A stretch of DNA of 64,000 nt, filler included, from Stramenopiles sp. TOSAG23-6 (taxonomy: Eukaryota), in assembly GCA_900128565.1 (NCBI GenBank). It is 19 parts of 19 records of this genome, joined end to end, with 100 filler letters (N's around TTAATTAATTAA, not from the genome) between each part and the next. Parts side by side here need not be neighbours in the genome. Positions count along the whole stretch, not along the records: positions 1 to 3,317 come from LT637560.1; positions 3,418 to 6,730 come from LT637561.1; positions 6,831 to 10,139 come from LT637562.1; positions 10,240 to 13,547 come from LT637563.1; 15 more parts are not named here. One strand, given 5' to 3'. Position numbers and translations under genes: made by a program. This document shows, in pieces, positions 1 to 10,683 of the stretch (its first letter is position 1; every line of letters starts with the position of its first letter). The notes under the pieces are model-generated. The model did no database searches and was not told the DNA's origin. It saw nothing but the letters and a program-made list of their open reading frames with translations.

Positions 1-183
1 TGCTATTATAAGGGAAACGTATGTACGTTTTCTTTTTGTTTTTCGTACGAAATTTTATACCTAACATTTTTATTTTTTTTATTTTATACCAACAATCTTT
101 TTTAATTTTTTTTTTGCCTATCTTTTTTTTGAAACATTTTGTACCTAATTACAAAAATCTTGTATTATTTTTTCACAATACAT

Positions 184-1382
184 ATTGGCGAAAGTAATTC
201 GCGAAATAATCGATTTTGGGTTAAAGGCAGTATTTACCGAGGTACTACTGAAATAGCAGTGTTTAATAGATTACATATCAATGGTAACGTATGTTTTATC
301 TTTTTTCAATTCCGATTTTTTTTTTTAGTACGAAATTTTGTACCTAACAAATTTTAAGTTTTTTTTTTGAAATATTTTTCCGAAATACATGCTATTTACC
401 GTTTATCTCGCCCATTTGCAAAGTTTCTTTTTGAGAAAGTTTTAAAGCATGAATCTTCATCACCCTGTGGTCAATACCAAGCTCTAGATACTGGTATTTT
501 TATGTATTTTTTTGGGGTCATTTCTCATTCATTTGTTCCATTTCTTTCATATTGGAATCGCAAACGTATGTTTTATTTTTTTTTCAATTTCGAATTTTTT
601 TTTTCGTACGAAATTTTGTACCTAACAATTTTTTTTTTTTGAAATATTTTTCCAAAATACATGTACAGTTTATATGGCAACCATTAAATGCAGAGACAAA
701 AACGACTACATACCTTACATCAAATGAATGCTTTACGAGGAAAGTTTTATTTGGCAGAAATATAATTTTGCAAGAAAATTTAAACTCTACAGATGATAGT
801 GCGGCTATTGGGGGATGGTTATTGAAAAGAAAATTACGCCTATGGACATCGAACTATTTTCGAATTAGTAAAGATTGTGTGGAATGCTACGTATGTTTTT
901 TTTTTCATACGAAATTTTGTACCTAACAAAAAACAAAAAACAAAAAACAAAAATTCAAACGTGTACTATTTTTTTTTTATTTTTTTTATAGGAAACTGTG
1001 TGGATTTGACGATATTTATTTTTTTGTCTACATTTTTTTATAGGAAACTTTGTACCTAACAAAAAATTTTAGAGTTTTTCTTTTAAATTTTTCCAAAATA
1101 TTTTTTTTTTTCGTATGAAATTTTGTACCTAACAATTTTTTTAAGATTTTTTTTGAAAATTTAAAATATTGTTGCACAATAAAGACATCAGAAATGGATG
1201 CAGAAGATCCATTTATTCTACCTCTTAGTAAATATGATATTAAAAAAATGAGCTCTCCACCCGTTCAAAAAAAATGTCGGATTTGCTTATCAAGTGGAAA
1301 AGAGCTTATGGCTGTTGATGTCACACAAGCACATTTATGGGTGAAGTCAATCACAAAACAATGGAATCTCTGTCATGATTGA
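184..1382 (+). CDS. Multi-exon gene fragment with probable C-terminal PH domain
   Basis: Exons are separated by family introns (289-390, 566-662, ~891 onward). The C-terminal part GGWLLKRKLRLWTSNYFRI...AHLWVKSI has a PH-like signature. Confidence 0.5.
289..390 (+). other. Family intron, GT-AT (102 nt)
   Basis: GGT AAC|GTATGTTTT...GAAATACAT|GCT ATT TAC joins the 139 and 367 ORF frames. Confidence 0.7.
566..662 (+). other. Family intron, GT-AT (97 nt, no AG dinucleotide inside)
   Basis: GCA AAC|GTATGTTTT...CCAAAATACAT|GTA CAG TTT ATA TGG. Confidence 0.7.
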
Positions 1383-1791
1383 AGTTTGGTGATGATGTGT
1401 GCAGTAGCTCGATTTTCTTGGTCACTATCACTTGCATTATTTTTATAATATAAAATATAAGATTATAAAATATAAGTATTATTTATCACTATCACTTGCA
1501 TTATTTTTATAATATAAAATATAAGATTATAAAATATAAATATTATTTATTTTTCGATCTTTTTTTTTTAATTTACAAATTCTCTACAAAATTCAGGTAA
1601 TTCTCTTAAGGGTAACTTAACCTAACCCTAAATACAAAAGTGATGTCAACAAATTCCATTTTTTTTTTTTCAATATTGTTTTCAAAAATTGTTGTTTTTT
1701 TTTTAAAAAAAATAATTTTGCAATATTGTTTTCAAAAATTGTTTTTTTCAAAATTTACTGTTTACTTTTTTTTCTCAAACTAATTGGATCA

Positions 1792-3317
1792 TTATTCTTT
1801 GATCTCTGTCGCTTTGGTGGTCTTTGTCGTACATATTTAGTACGAACATGACCATCTGGCACAGAACTGTCCACCTTAAATCCATGTACAATGTATGCAT
1901 TGTGAAAAAATATTTTAAAATTTTTTTACCAAAAAAAAAAAAAAAAATTTGTTAGGTACAAAATTTTCTATAAAAAAAAAACAAATTCGAAATTCATGAT
2001 GAAAATATACATCCTCCATGAGCTGACATTTTCATATGAGGATGGGTTCGATTTTGTATAACTTGATAAGGTCTAAGCCAACACTCCTTCAACTCAACAT
2101 CGATAGCTTGTTTATTTTCTCGGAGCTGTAAATGTAATTCAGATAATGCATTTATTTTTGGAAAATATTTAAAAAAAAAAAAATTAAATTTGTTAGGTAC
2201 AAAATTTTTTTACNNNNNNNNNNNNNNNNNNNNNNNNNNNNNNNNNNNNNNNNNNNNNNNNNNNNNNNNNNNNNNNNNNNNNNNNNNNNNNNNNNNNNNN
2301 NNNNNNNNNNNNNNNNNNNNNNNNNNNNNNNNNNNNNNNNNNNNNNNNNNNTTTTTTTTTTTTTTATATATAAAAAAAAAAAAAAAAAAAAAAATTCAAA
2401 AATAAAAAAAAAAATAAAAAAATAAAAAAAAAATAAAAAAATTCAAAAATAAAAAAATAAAATAAAAAACGTACATTGCGTAAGTATGGATAACAAAAGT
2501 TAAACATTGTTATTGGATCAAATTCACTTGCAATAATAAGACTATCGACTCCTTCAAATAAACATTGTTCAACTCTTTTTTCATCATACTTTGCTCTTTG
2601 AGGTGTACCAGGAGGAAACTTTTTGAATTTTTTTTTATTATGTTGTACATCTTTTTCAGTTTTATTATTTTGTTTAATACTAGTATCATCATCATTTTGT
2701 TTAATACTAGTATCATCATCATTTTGTTTAATACTAGTATCATCATTTTTTACACACCCTGCACTAGGAGGAGGAAGAAAATATTTACAATTTTTACTAA
2801 AAACATCAAAAGGAAAATTCAAAATTGTTTTTTTCCGATCTTCTGAAAGATTTAAAGCCTCCACAAAAGCGGTGGGAGCTCCTTTATAAAAAGCATTCAG
2901 AACGTTTCCAAAACCACCAAGGCGATATGCGACGGAACCATGTATTTTGGAAAAATATTTCNNNNNNNNNNNNNNNNNNNNNNNNNNNNNNAAAAAAAAA
3001 AAAAATTTTTAGGTACAAAATTTTCAAAAAAAAAAAAACGAATTTGAAAAAAAATTAAAACATACAGCAACGAGACCTTGACAACTTTCCACTACTAAAA
3101 TATTTGAACTTGGTTTACAGTTTGAATATGATAATAATTGTGCTAAATTGTCCCATCGTAATCCTTGAATCTTACGCGAATCACGAAGAAATTGATACTC
3201 ACAAAGCGTTCTCGGCGTGCAGCGACACACTCGAATACGTAATACATATTTTTTTTGCTTCTTTTTTATATATTTTTCTTGTGAAAATCTGGTTTTACTA
3301 GCAAATGTTTGACTACC
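1792..3317 (-). CDS. TRM6: tRNA m1A58 methyltransferase non-catalytic subunit TRM6 (5'-truncated, multi-exon)
   Basis: Spliced translation TFASKTRFSQEKYIKKKQKKY...CQGLVA|GSVAYRLGGFG...ECWLRPYQVIQNRTHPHMKMSAHGG|YIVHGFKV matches Gcd10/TRM6 motifs. An internal N gap may hide an exon. Confidence 0.88.
1895..2010 (-). other. Family intron, GT-AT (116 nt) in TRM6
   Basis: GGA GGA T|GTATATTTTC...CAATGCAT|AC ATT GTA gives GGYIVHGFKV; no AG between branch motif and 3' end. Confidence 0.85.
2940..3065 (-). other. Family intron, GT-AT in TRM6 (contains an N gap)
   Basis: GTT GCT|GTATGTTTT...AAAATACAT|GGT TCC GTC gives GLVAGSVAYRLGG. Confidence 0.8.
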
Positions 3318-3417
3318 NNNNNNNNNNNNNNNNNNNNNNNNNNNNNNNNNNNNNNNNNNNNTTAATTAATTAANNNNNNNNNNNNNNNNNNNNNNNNNNN
3401 NNNNNNNNNNNNNNNNN
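3318..3417. other. Artificial contig spacer (N-TTAATTAATTAA-N); recurs about every 3.4 kb (near 6775, 10184, 13592, 17000, 20408, 23814, 27215, 30613, 34008, 37397, 40784, 44165, 47542, 50917, 54290, 57663, 61036)
   Basis: Identical all-frame stop linker flanked by N runs; spacing falls steadily from 3413 to 3373, i.e. length-sorted contigs. Confidence 0.97.
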
Positions 3418-6400
3418 CCAGCAGACATAACTATACGACCCCCAGATTCGTTGTTGCCACTACCAACAGATACACTGATGCTTCCACCAGCACCTAATGT
3501 TGCATTCCCAGTGCGTAATGACATCGCTCCACTACTTCCTTTACCAGACGCACCAGTAGATAGTGATAAAGAACCAGACACACCTGAAGTTCCACCATTT
3601 GCAGTGCGAATACTAAACGTGCCACTAGATGTTGCAGATCCATAACCTGTTGTCATAGATACAGCTCCACCAGTTGATGTTGTACTCTCACCGGCATTTA
3701 TTGTGATTCGCCCACCAGTTGTTTTGTTTCCACTTCCGACTGTAATACTGATACTTCCTGATGTTCCTTTTACTGCAGCCCCAGTACGAAGTGTAATTGC
3801 ACCGCTACTGCCTTCACTTGTGTTCCCGGATATAAATGAAAGTGAACCTGAAACACCATTAGTTCCAGCATTGGATGTTTTAATACTAAATGACCCACTG
3901 GATGTAGTGCTACCATAACCAGATATCATGGAAATAGAACCACCAGTTGCATCTGTACTTTTACCTGCAGATATTACAAATCGACCACCAGATGAAGTGT
4001 CGCCACTACCAACAGATAAACTGATGCTTCCACTGGCACCTAATGTTGCATTTCCAGTGCGTAATTTTATCATACCACTATTACCTCCAGAAATAACGTT
4101 TCCGGTAGATAGTGATAAAGAACCAGAGACACCATCTGTGCCACTATCAGCAGTACGAATACTAAATGAACCACTAGATGTTGTAGATCCATAACCTGTT
4201 GTGATAGATACGGCTCCACCAGTTGATGTTGTACTCTCACCAGCGTTGATTGTAATTCTCCCACCGGTTGTTTTATTTCCATTTCCTACAAACACACTCA
4301 CACTACCACCAGCACCCAATGTTGCTGAACCGGTTTTCAGAGCAATCGAACCACTACTTCCTTTGCTAGTTGTACCAGAGATGAATGATAATGAACCAGA
4401 CATACCATTAGTTCCCGCATTTGCAGTTTTGATACTAAAGGAACCACTTGAAGATGATCTACCGTAACCAGAGATCATTGATAAAGAACCACCAGTTACA
4501 TCAGTACTCTCACCAGCAGATATAACTATACGACCACCAGTAGCTTTAGTCCCACTACCAACAGATATACTAATGCTTCCGCCAGCACCTAATGTAGCAT
4601 TCCCAGTGAATACTGATATCATACCACTACTTCCTTCACCAGTCGAGCCGGTAGATAGTGATAAAGAACCGGAAACACCATCTGTGCCACTATTTGCAGT
4701 ACGAATACTAAATGAACCACTAGATGTTGCAGATCCATAACCTGTTGTCATTGATACAGCACCACCAGTTGAAGTTGTACTTTCACCAGCACTCAAAGTA
4801 ATTCGCCCACCAGTAGATTTGTTTCCACTTCCAACTGTAATACTGATACTCCCTGATGTTCCTTTTAGTGCTGCTCCAGTACGAAGTGTAATTGCACCGC
4901 TACTACCTTCACTTGTTGTTCCAGATACAATCGAAAGTGAACCTGAGACACCATTAGTTCCGGCATTGGATGTTTTAATACTAAATGAACCACTGGATGT
5001 AGTGCTACCATACCCAGATATCATGGAAATAGAGCCACCAGTTGCATCTGTACTTTTACCTGCCGACATTACAATACGGCCACCAGATGAAGTATCTCCA
5101 CTACCAACGGATATACTAATGCTTCCACTGGCACCTAATGTTGCATTCCCAGTTCGTAATGATATCATACCACTACTTCCTTTACTAGTAATACCAGTCG
5201 ATAAAGATATAGAACCAGAGACACCATCTGTGCCCCCATTTGCCGTTCGAATACTAAATGAACCACTAGATTTTGCAGACCCATAACCTGTTGTGATAGA
5301 TACTGCGCCACCAGTTGATGTTGTACTTTCTCCGGCACTTAAAATAATTCGCCCACCAGTTGATTCATTACCACTTCCAACAATTACACTCACACTACCA
5401 CTTGTACCTAATGTGGCTGAACCAGTTCGAAGAATTATGGAGCCACTGCTTCCTCTGCTAGTTGTACCTGATGTTAATGACAATGAACCAGACACACCAT
5501 CAGTTCCCGCATTTGAAGTTTTGATACTAAAGGAACCACTTGAAGATCCTCTACCATAACCAGAGATCATTGATAAAGAACCACCAGTTACATCTGTACT
5601 CTCACCAGCAGACATAACTATACGACCCCCAGATTCGTTGTTGCCACTACCAACAGATAAACTGATGCTCCCACCAGCACCTAATGTTGCTTTCCCAGTG
5701 CGTAATGATATCATTCCACTNCTACCACCACTTACAACATTTCCCGTGGATAGTGATATTGATCCTGACACACCACTACTTCCACTGTTAGCAGTACGAA
5801 TGCTAAACGATCCACTAGATGTAGCTGCACCAAATCCAGTGATAAAAGAAACTGAACCTCCTGTATCCGATGTGCTATCACCAGCATCAATAGTAACACG
5901 TCCACCAGGTCCTTCATTGCCAGTTCCTACTAGAATACTAATACTTCCGCCTGTCCCAAGGGTTGCTGATCCCGACCGAAGTAAAATAGCTCCACTACTA
6001 CCTTTGCTTGAAGTACCAGAAATTAATGACAATGACCCAGATACCCCATCACTTCCAGCATCTGTCGTACGTATACTGAATGTTCCGCTAGAAGATGCTC
6101 TACCATAGCCAGATGCTAAAGATATTACACCGCCTGTAGAAGTAGTACTTTCACCGGCAGATATAGATATACGTCCACCGGGACCTTTATTTCCACTACC
6201 AACAATGATGCTCACACTACCACCAGTGCCCTTAGTTGCTGATCCTGTTTTTAAGGTAATCATTCCACTACTACCATGATGAGCGACACCCGATTCAATT
6301 TTGATCGCACCGGAGACACCATTAGTCCCTGCATTGGCAGAACTAATTGTAAAAGCACCACTAGAAGATGTACTTCCGTAACCTGTCACCAGAGACACCG

Positions 6401-6730
6401 TACCACCTGTGACATCTTGACTCTGACCAGCATTAATTTGAACTCGACCACCCGACGCTATATTACCATTGCCAACAGCGATACTAATACTCCCACCAGC
6501 TCCTGAAGTAGCTTCTCCGGTACGCAGCATGATCATGCCACTGCTTCCTTTGCTCGTAGTTCCTGTCGAAAACGATAATGATCCGGAAACACCAGCTGTG
6601 CCACCATTTGCAGTACGAATACTGAATGAACCACTAGATGTCGCAGACCCATAACCTGTTGTCATCGATACAGCTCCACCAGTTAATGTTGTACTCTCAC
6701 CAGCATTGATTGTGATTCTCCCACCGGTTG
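3418..6730 (-). CDS. Internal fragment of a very large Gly/Ser/Thr-rich repeat protein (15-aa units, 90-aa super-repeat)
   Basis: Uninterrupted ORF of about 1100 aa spanning the contig. Units such as GGAVSMTTGYGSATS / SGSFSIRTANGGTAG recur, with synonymous divergence between copies. Confidence 0.9.
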
Positions 6731-7460
6731 NNNNNNNNNNNNNNNNNNNNNNNNNNNNNNNNNNNNNNNNNNNNTTAATTAATTAANNNNNNNNNNNNNN
6801 NNNNNNNNNNNNNNNNNNNNNNNNNNNNNNCAGACATCGGAAGCTGATCGCTTCGAACTCTTTTTCATCACCCCTTTTGAAATATCTTCTTTATTACGCA
6901 ATTTAGTATTTTCAACCAATACTGGTTTTGAAGATGAGCAGATCTCTTTTGGAGTACTGGCTGATTTAGAAACCTTGCCAAGCTTTCCTTTGTTTGGTGC
7001 AACTTTAGGAGGAAGCGACTCGGATTGTTGAATATCTATAGACGAAGGACGTTTGTTAAATAAGGGGAACATTACTTGGAACAAAACAATATACCGAATT
7101 AAATAGATTCAACAAAGCAGAAAGGGGATAATGGTATTCGTTTATTCACCCCCTTATTCAAAGCTTTCACACCACAATCTAATTTGAGATTGAATTTGAT
7201 TGTTAGATTAGATTTTTGTACACCGAGACGAAAAAAAGCCTCTTTACGAGATGATGGCGATGAGGATGACCTTTGAAATTTTGCGTGGTACCCGGTAACG
7301 TATTAATCGTCAATAATTCAGTTCGTTGTTCTCGAACACGAACAATTTCATATAGGTAGTACAAAACAATTATTGTGTAAGCTACTAGTGAAACATGTAT
7401 ACTATCGCATGACTGGAACACGAAGAACTCTGGGTGTACAATCATTGTTTTTAGTATACT

Positions 7461-9095
7461 ATGAGTCGTTTCGCTAATGTTGTTTCCTCTAAATTACGTA
7501 TCGGTCGGTTCTGTAGTGCATGTAGACAAAATAAAGTATTTCAATTCCGGTCTCTTGGTAGCGTAGTAAAATACCCTCCTCCTCCAATGAAAATGTCACA
7601 AATAGGGAATAACATAAATAGAAATAAGAAACACAATAAGAAAATGTCGGATTCGTTATCTTCAAAGGAACGAACAATTTTAAAACACAATATTGTTCTT
7701 AACGACGTCAATAGTGATTACTGTCGTTCTAGTCAAGAGTGCCAATACATTATTGACAAGTTAGCACCAAAAGCTGGAAAAATACAGAGTACACGTATGT
7801 ATTGTAATCTTGCAAAAATGCTTCTTTTAGAAGGCGACATAAATGCCGCTAGAAATGTCGTATCTTCTCATATATCATCACTGGCTATAGAGTCCAGTAT
7901 TTCATCAGGTACAGATTTTTGTACGAAAAAGTTATTATATCTTTTTGACAATGGAGAATTACAGAAGTTTAGGATTTCTTCAATATTAAAATGGATAAGT
8001 GATGATAAAAAAAGTCTGTTTGGTGTATCTGGATTATTTTCCGCTTTGCAACTTCTTCATACGTTGCATTATAACAAACAAGCAAACACTGATTTGTACC
8101 GAATTTTGATTGATAAATTAGTCACTGTAGATAACTGTGAACGAAATAATATGTCTAACAATGCTACAACAAATACTAACAATGCTATAACAAATATTTC
8201 ATGGACAATTGAATCAGATTATGGTCTTTCATTTTCGATTTATAAAGCTTGTCTTCGAGAAAGAACTGATATACCTATAGGAAATAGACTACTCTCTCCT
8301 ATTATTTCCAACTGTACACATGTATGTTTTATTTTTTTTCAAATTTAATTTTTTTTCGTACGAAATTTCGTACCTAACAAAACAAATTAGATTTTTTTTT
8401 TGAAATATTTTTCCAAAATACATGAAGATGAACAAGGACTAATTCAATTTTCACATTCTGATGAAAGACGAGTCATTGACTTACATGGAGCTAGTCGTGG
8501 TGTTGCAGTTGTTAGAATTACGGATGTACTCATTCAACTACGTCGATATTTCCTTAACCCTAACAGAACTGCGAAATCAGTCATGCCGATATCATTCTTG
8601 GTCGGGTTAGGAATTCATAGTAAAGCAAAAGTAGATCCTGAAAGTAAACTAACATTTAAAGAAATAATTCTACCAAGTGTACTTCGGACGTTTCTTCATG
8701 AAGTCTTGAATCCACCTATTCAAACAAAAGTGAATTTTGAAAATCCAGCGGAGATTGATCTTAATACAACAGATATTGAAAATTGGATCAAGAGTGAACA
8801 AGCTACATTGTGGGAGAAAATTGTCGTCAATTCGTCAGATTTATATAATAGTTATGTAAATGTCACACATTCTGATCAAAAGAAAAGACTAGCATTATTG
8901 TACCAAGAAAAACAGAAATGGGATTCTAAATATGGAGATGGTATGACGTCTACTACATTATATACAAATGATATAAATCCAAAAAGAATGTCTATAACAA
9001 ATTGTAGGAAAAAGTCATCTTCATCATTTGTTTTTTCTCAGTTTCTGAAAAGTATCGAAGAAGGAAAGCAAATAGCTAGAGAAAAACATTTGTAA
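7461..9095 (+). CDS. Smr/MutS2-domain protein, two exons (7461-8321, 8424-9095), possible mitochondrial presequence
   Basis: VIDLHGASRGVA...FLVGLGIHS is an Smr signature; the GT-AT intron 8322-8423 joins NCTH|EDEQ in frame. Confidence 0.7.
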
Positions 9096-9192
9096 CACAA
9101 AAAGTCAATTATAATAATATGAAAAAAAAACCTAGTATATATAAAAATACTAAAACATAAAATAAAATGTGTAAAAATATCATCTCAATCAT

Positions 9193-10139
9193 TTAATCTT
9201 CATGAAAATATCCAGTACCAAGATCATCTTCAAGACCCTCAGCCCATCGAGGAATCCAATCACTATGTATTTTAAAAAATATTTTACATTCAATATTTTT
9301 GTTAGGTACAAAATTTCGTATGAAAAAGAAATTCGAAATTGAAAATAATAAAACATACACAGTCATTTGGGGAAGGATTAAAACAACCTTTTTTCCTTTT
9401 CCAAAGTATTAAAGAATTCTTAAAAAATGGTGACACTCGAACAAATTCCCATTGTTCTGTGATTGGTATACCAGCCAACTCTGCATCTCTCTCATACAGG
9501 ACTTGTACTTCTTTAGCTACTTTAACTAAATCTTCCCACAAACCATAACCCGAGTCCATAAATAAAAATATTGCACCAACTTTTGCGTTTGTAAATAATT
9601 CACGAAGAAAGCTAAATTTGTTATTAATAATCGCTATTCTATTTTCTATTAAAACATAGTTGCATACAAACAAATCGAATGTAGATGCATTGCTTTCCAA
9701 CTGGGTATTTATTGCATCTTCCAATGATTTAGTGACATCACAAGAAGCAAAGTTCATTTCTCCCCAGCAATAATGAGTGCCTTCAATAAAATGCCTAATC
9801 TTTCGTAAATTAAATCCATGTAGAAGTGGTTCTAAATTGGAAATATCTTCCTCCATTAATGGCAGAGCATTTTCATCTAATGTATATGCCTTACGTTCAG
9901 TGTCATAAAACTTTCTTGCCTTCATAGACTGATTCAATAGCTTTGTACACAATTCCCAACCTGGTTCATATTCAAACACTGTAGTATCAAGAACATTTGG
10001 TCTCATTCGACCACCATAGCCTAAGAAATACGCTAACATGATGTAGCCTAACGCATCAGATCCACCGGCTCCGCCTATTGAAGCCATACGCACGCGCGGA
10101 AGCTCAAGTAAAGTCTGGCGGAGTTCTACACAGACATCT
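9193..10139 (-). CDS. Putative SAM-dependent methyltransferase-like protein (3' part)
   Basis: Motif I-like ASIGGAGGSD and FDLFVCNYV; the GT-AT intron 9265-9358 joins the last exon SDWIPRWAEG...*. Confidence 0.55.
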
Positions 10140-10239
10140 NNNNNNNNNNNNNNNNNNNNNNNNNNNNNNNNNNNNNNNNNNNNTTAATTAATTAANNNNN
10201 NNNNNNNNNNNNNNNNNNNNNNNNNNNNNNNNNNNNNNN

Positions 10240-10647
10240 AAAAACCTGATTATTTGACTTGTATGTTTTCTTACATTTTTTTTTTTTTTCGTAATTTTTT
10301 TTTTTTTTTTTTTTTAAAAAATTTTTTTTTTTTTTTTTTCAAAATTTTTTTTTTTTTGTACGAGAAAAAAAAATCATACTAACAATTTTTTTACATTTTT
10401 TTCTAAAATATTATGTACATAGTATACGTATACAACAAATTATAAATTCGCGTCGAAGTAATCGTTTATTCATATCCATTGCAAAAAACACGAAATCTAA
10501 AATATTAAATTCAAAATGTCGTCGTCAAATTTCACAATATCAACAAAAAAAAATATTAGACAATGAAACAAACAAAATTCAAAAATTAGAAGAACAAAAA
10601 AATAATGTACGCTTTCATTTCAATTTTGAATTTATTTATTTATTTTG

Positions 10648-10683
<36 letters not shown>

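Noticed and set aside
139-1059. Short Phe/Lys-rich ORFs ending RNFVPN, TKFCT or YEILYLT as a peptide family
   Set aside because: They are read-through translations of the intron element in three frames.
1-1200. CRISPR-like or REP-like array suggested by the recurring palindromic core
   Set aside because: Spacing is irregular, the intervening sequences are eukaryotic exons, and no cas genes are present.
3362-3373. Regularly spaced TTAATTAATTAA palindrome
   Set aside because: Synthetic all-frame stop linker embedded in Ns.
3451-6654. Plus-strand Pro/Leu/Val-rich ORFs
   Set aside because: Antisense shadows of the repetitive minus-strand gene.
8320-8423. Classical U12 AT-AC introns
   Set aside because: The U12 donor ATATCCTT and branch TTCCTTAAC are absent, and discriminating copies favour the GT-AT register.
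8389-8423. Upstream TTAG as the general canonical acceptor
   Set aside because: In frame in this one copy (adding IFFLKYFSKIH), but absent or out of frame in many others, so it cannot be the general rule.
7461-9095. Alternative genetic code as the reason for broken ORFs
   Set aside because: Long exons translate cleanly with the standard code, and the breaks coincide with the intron element.
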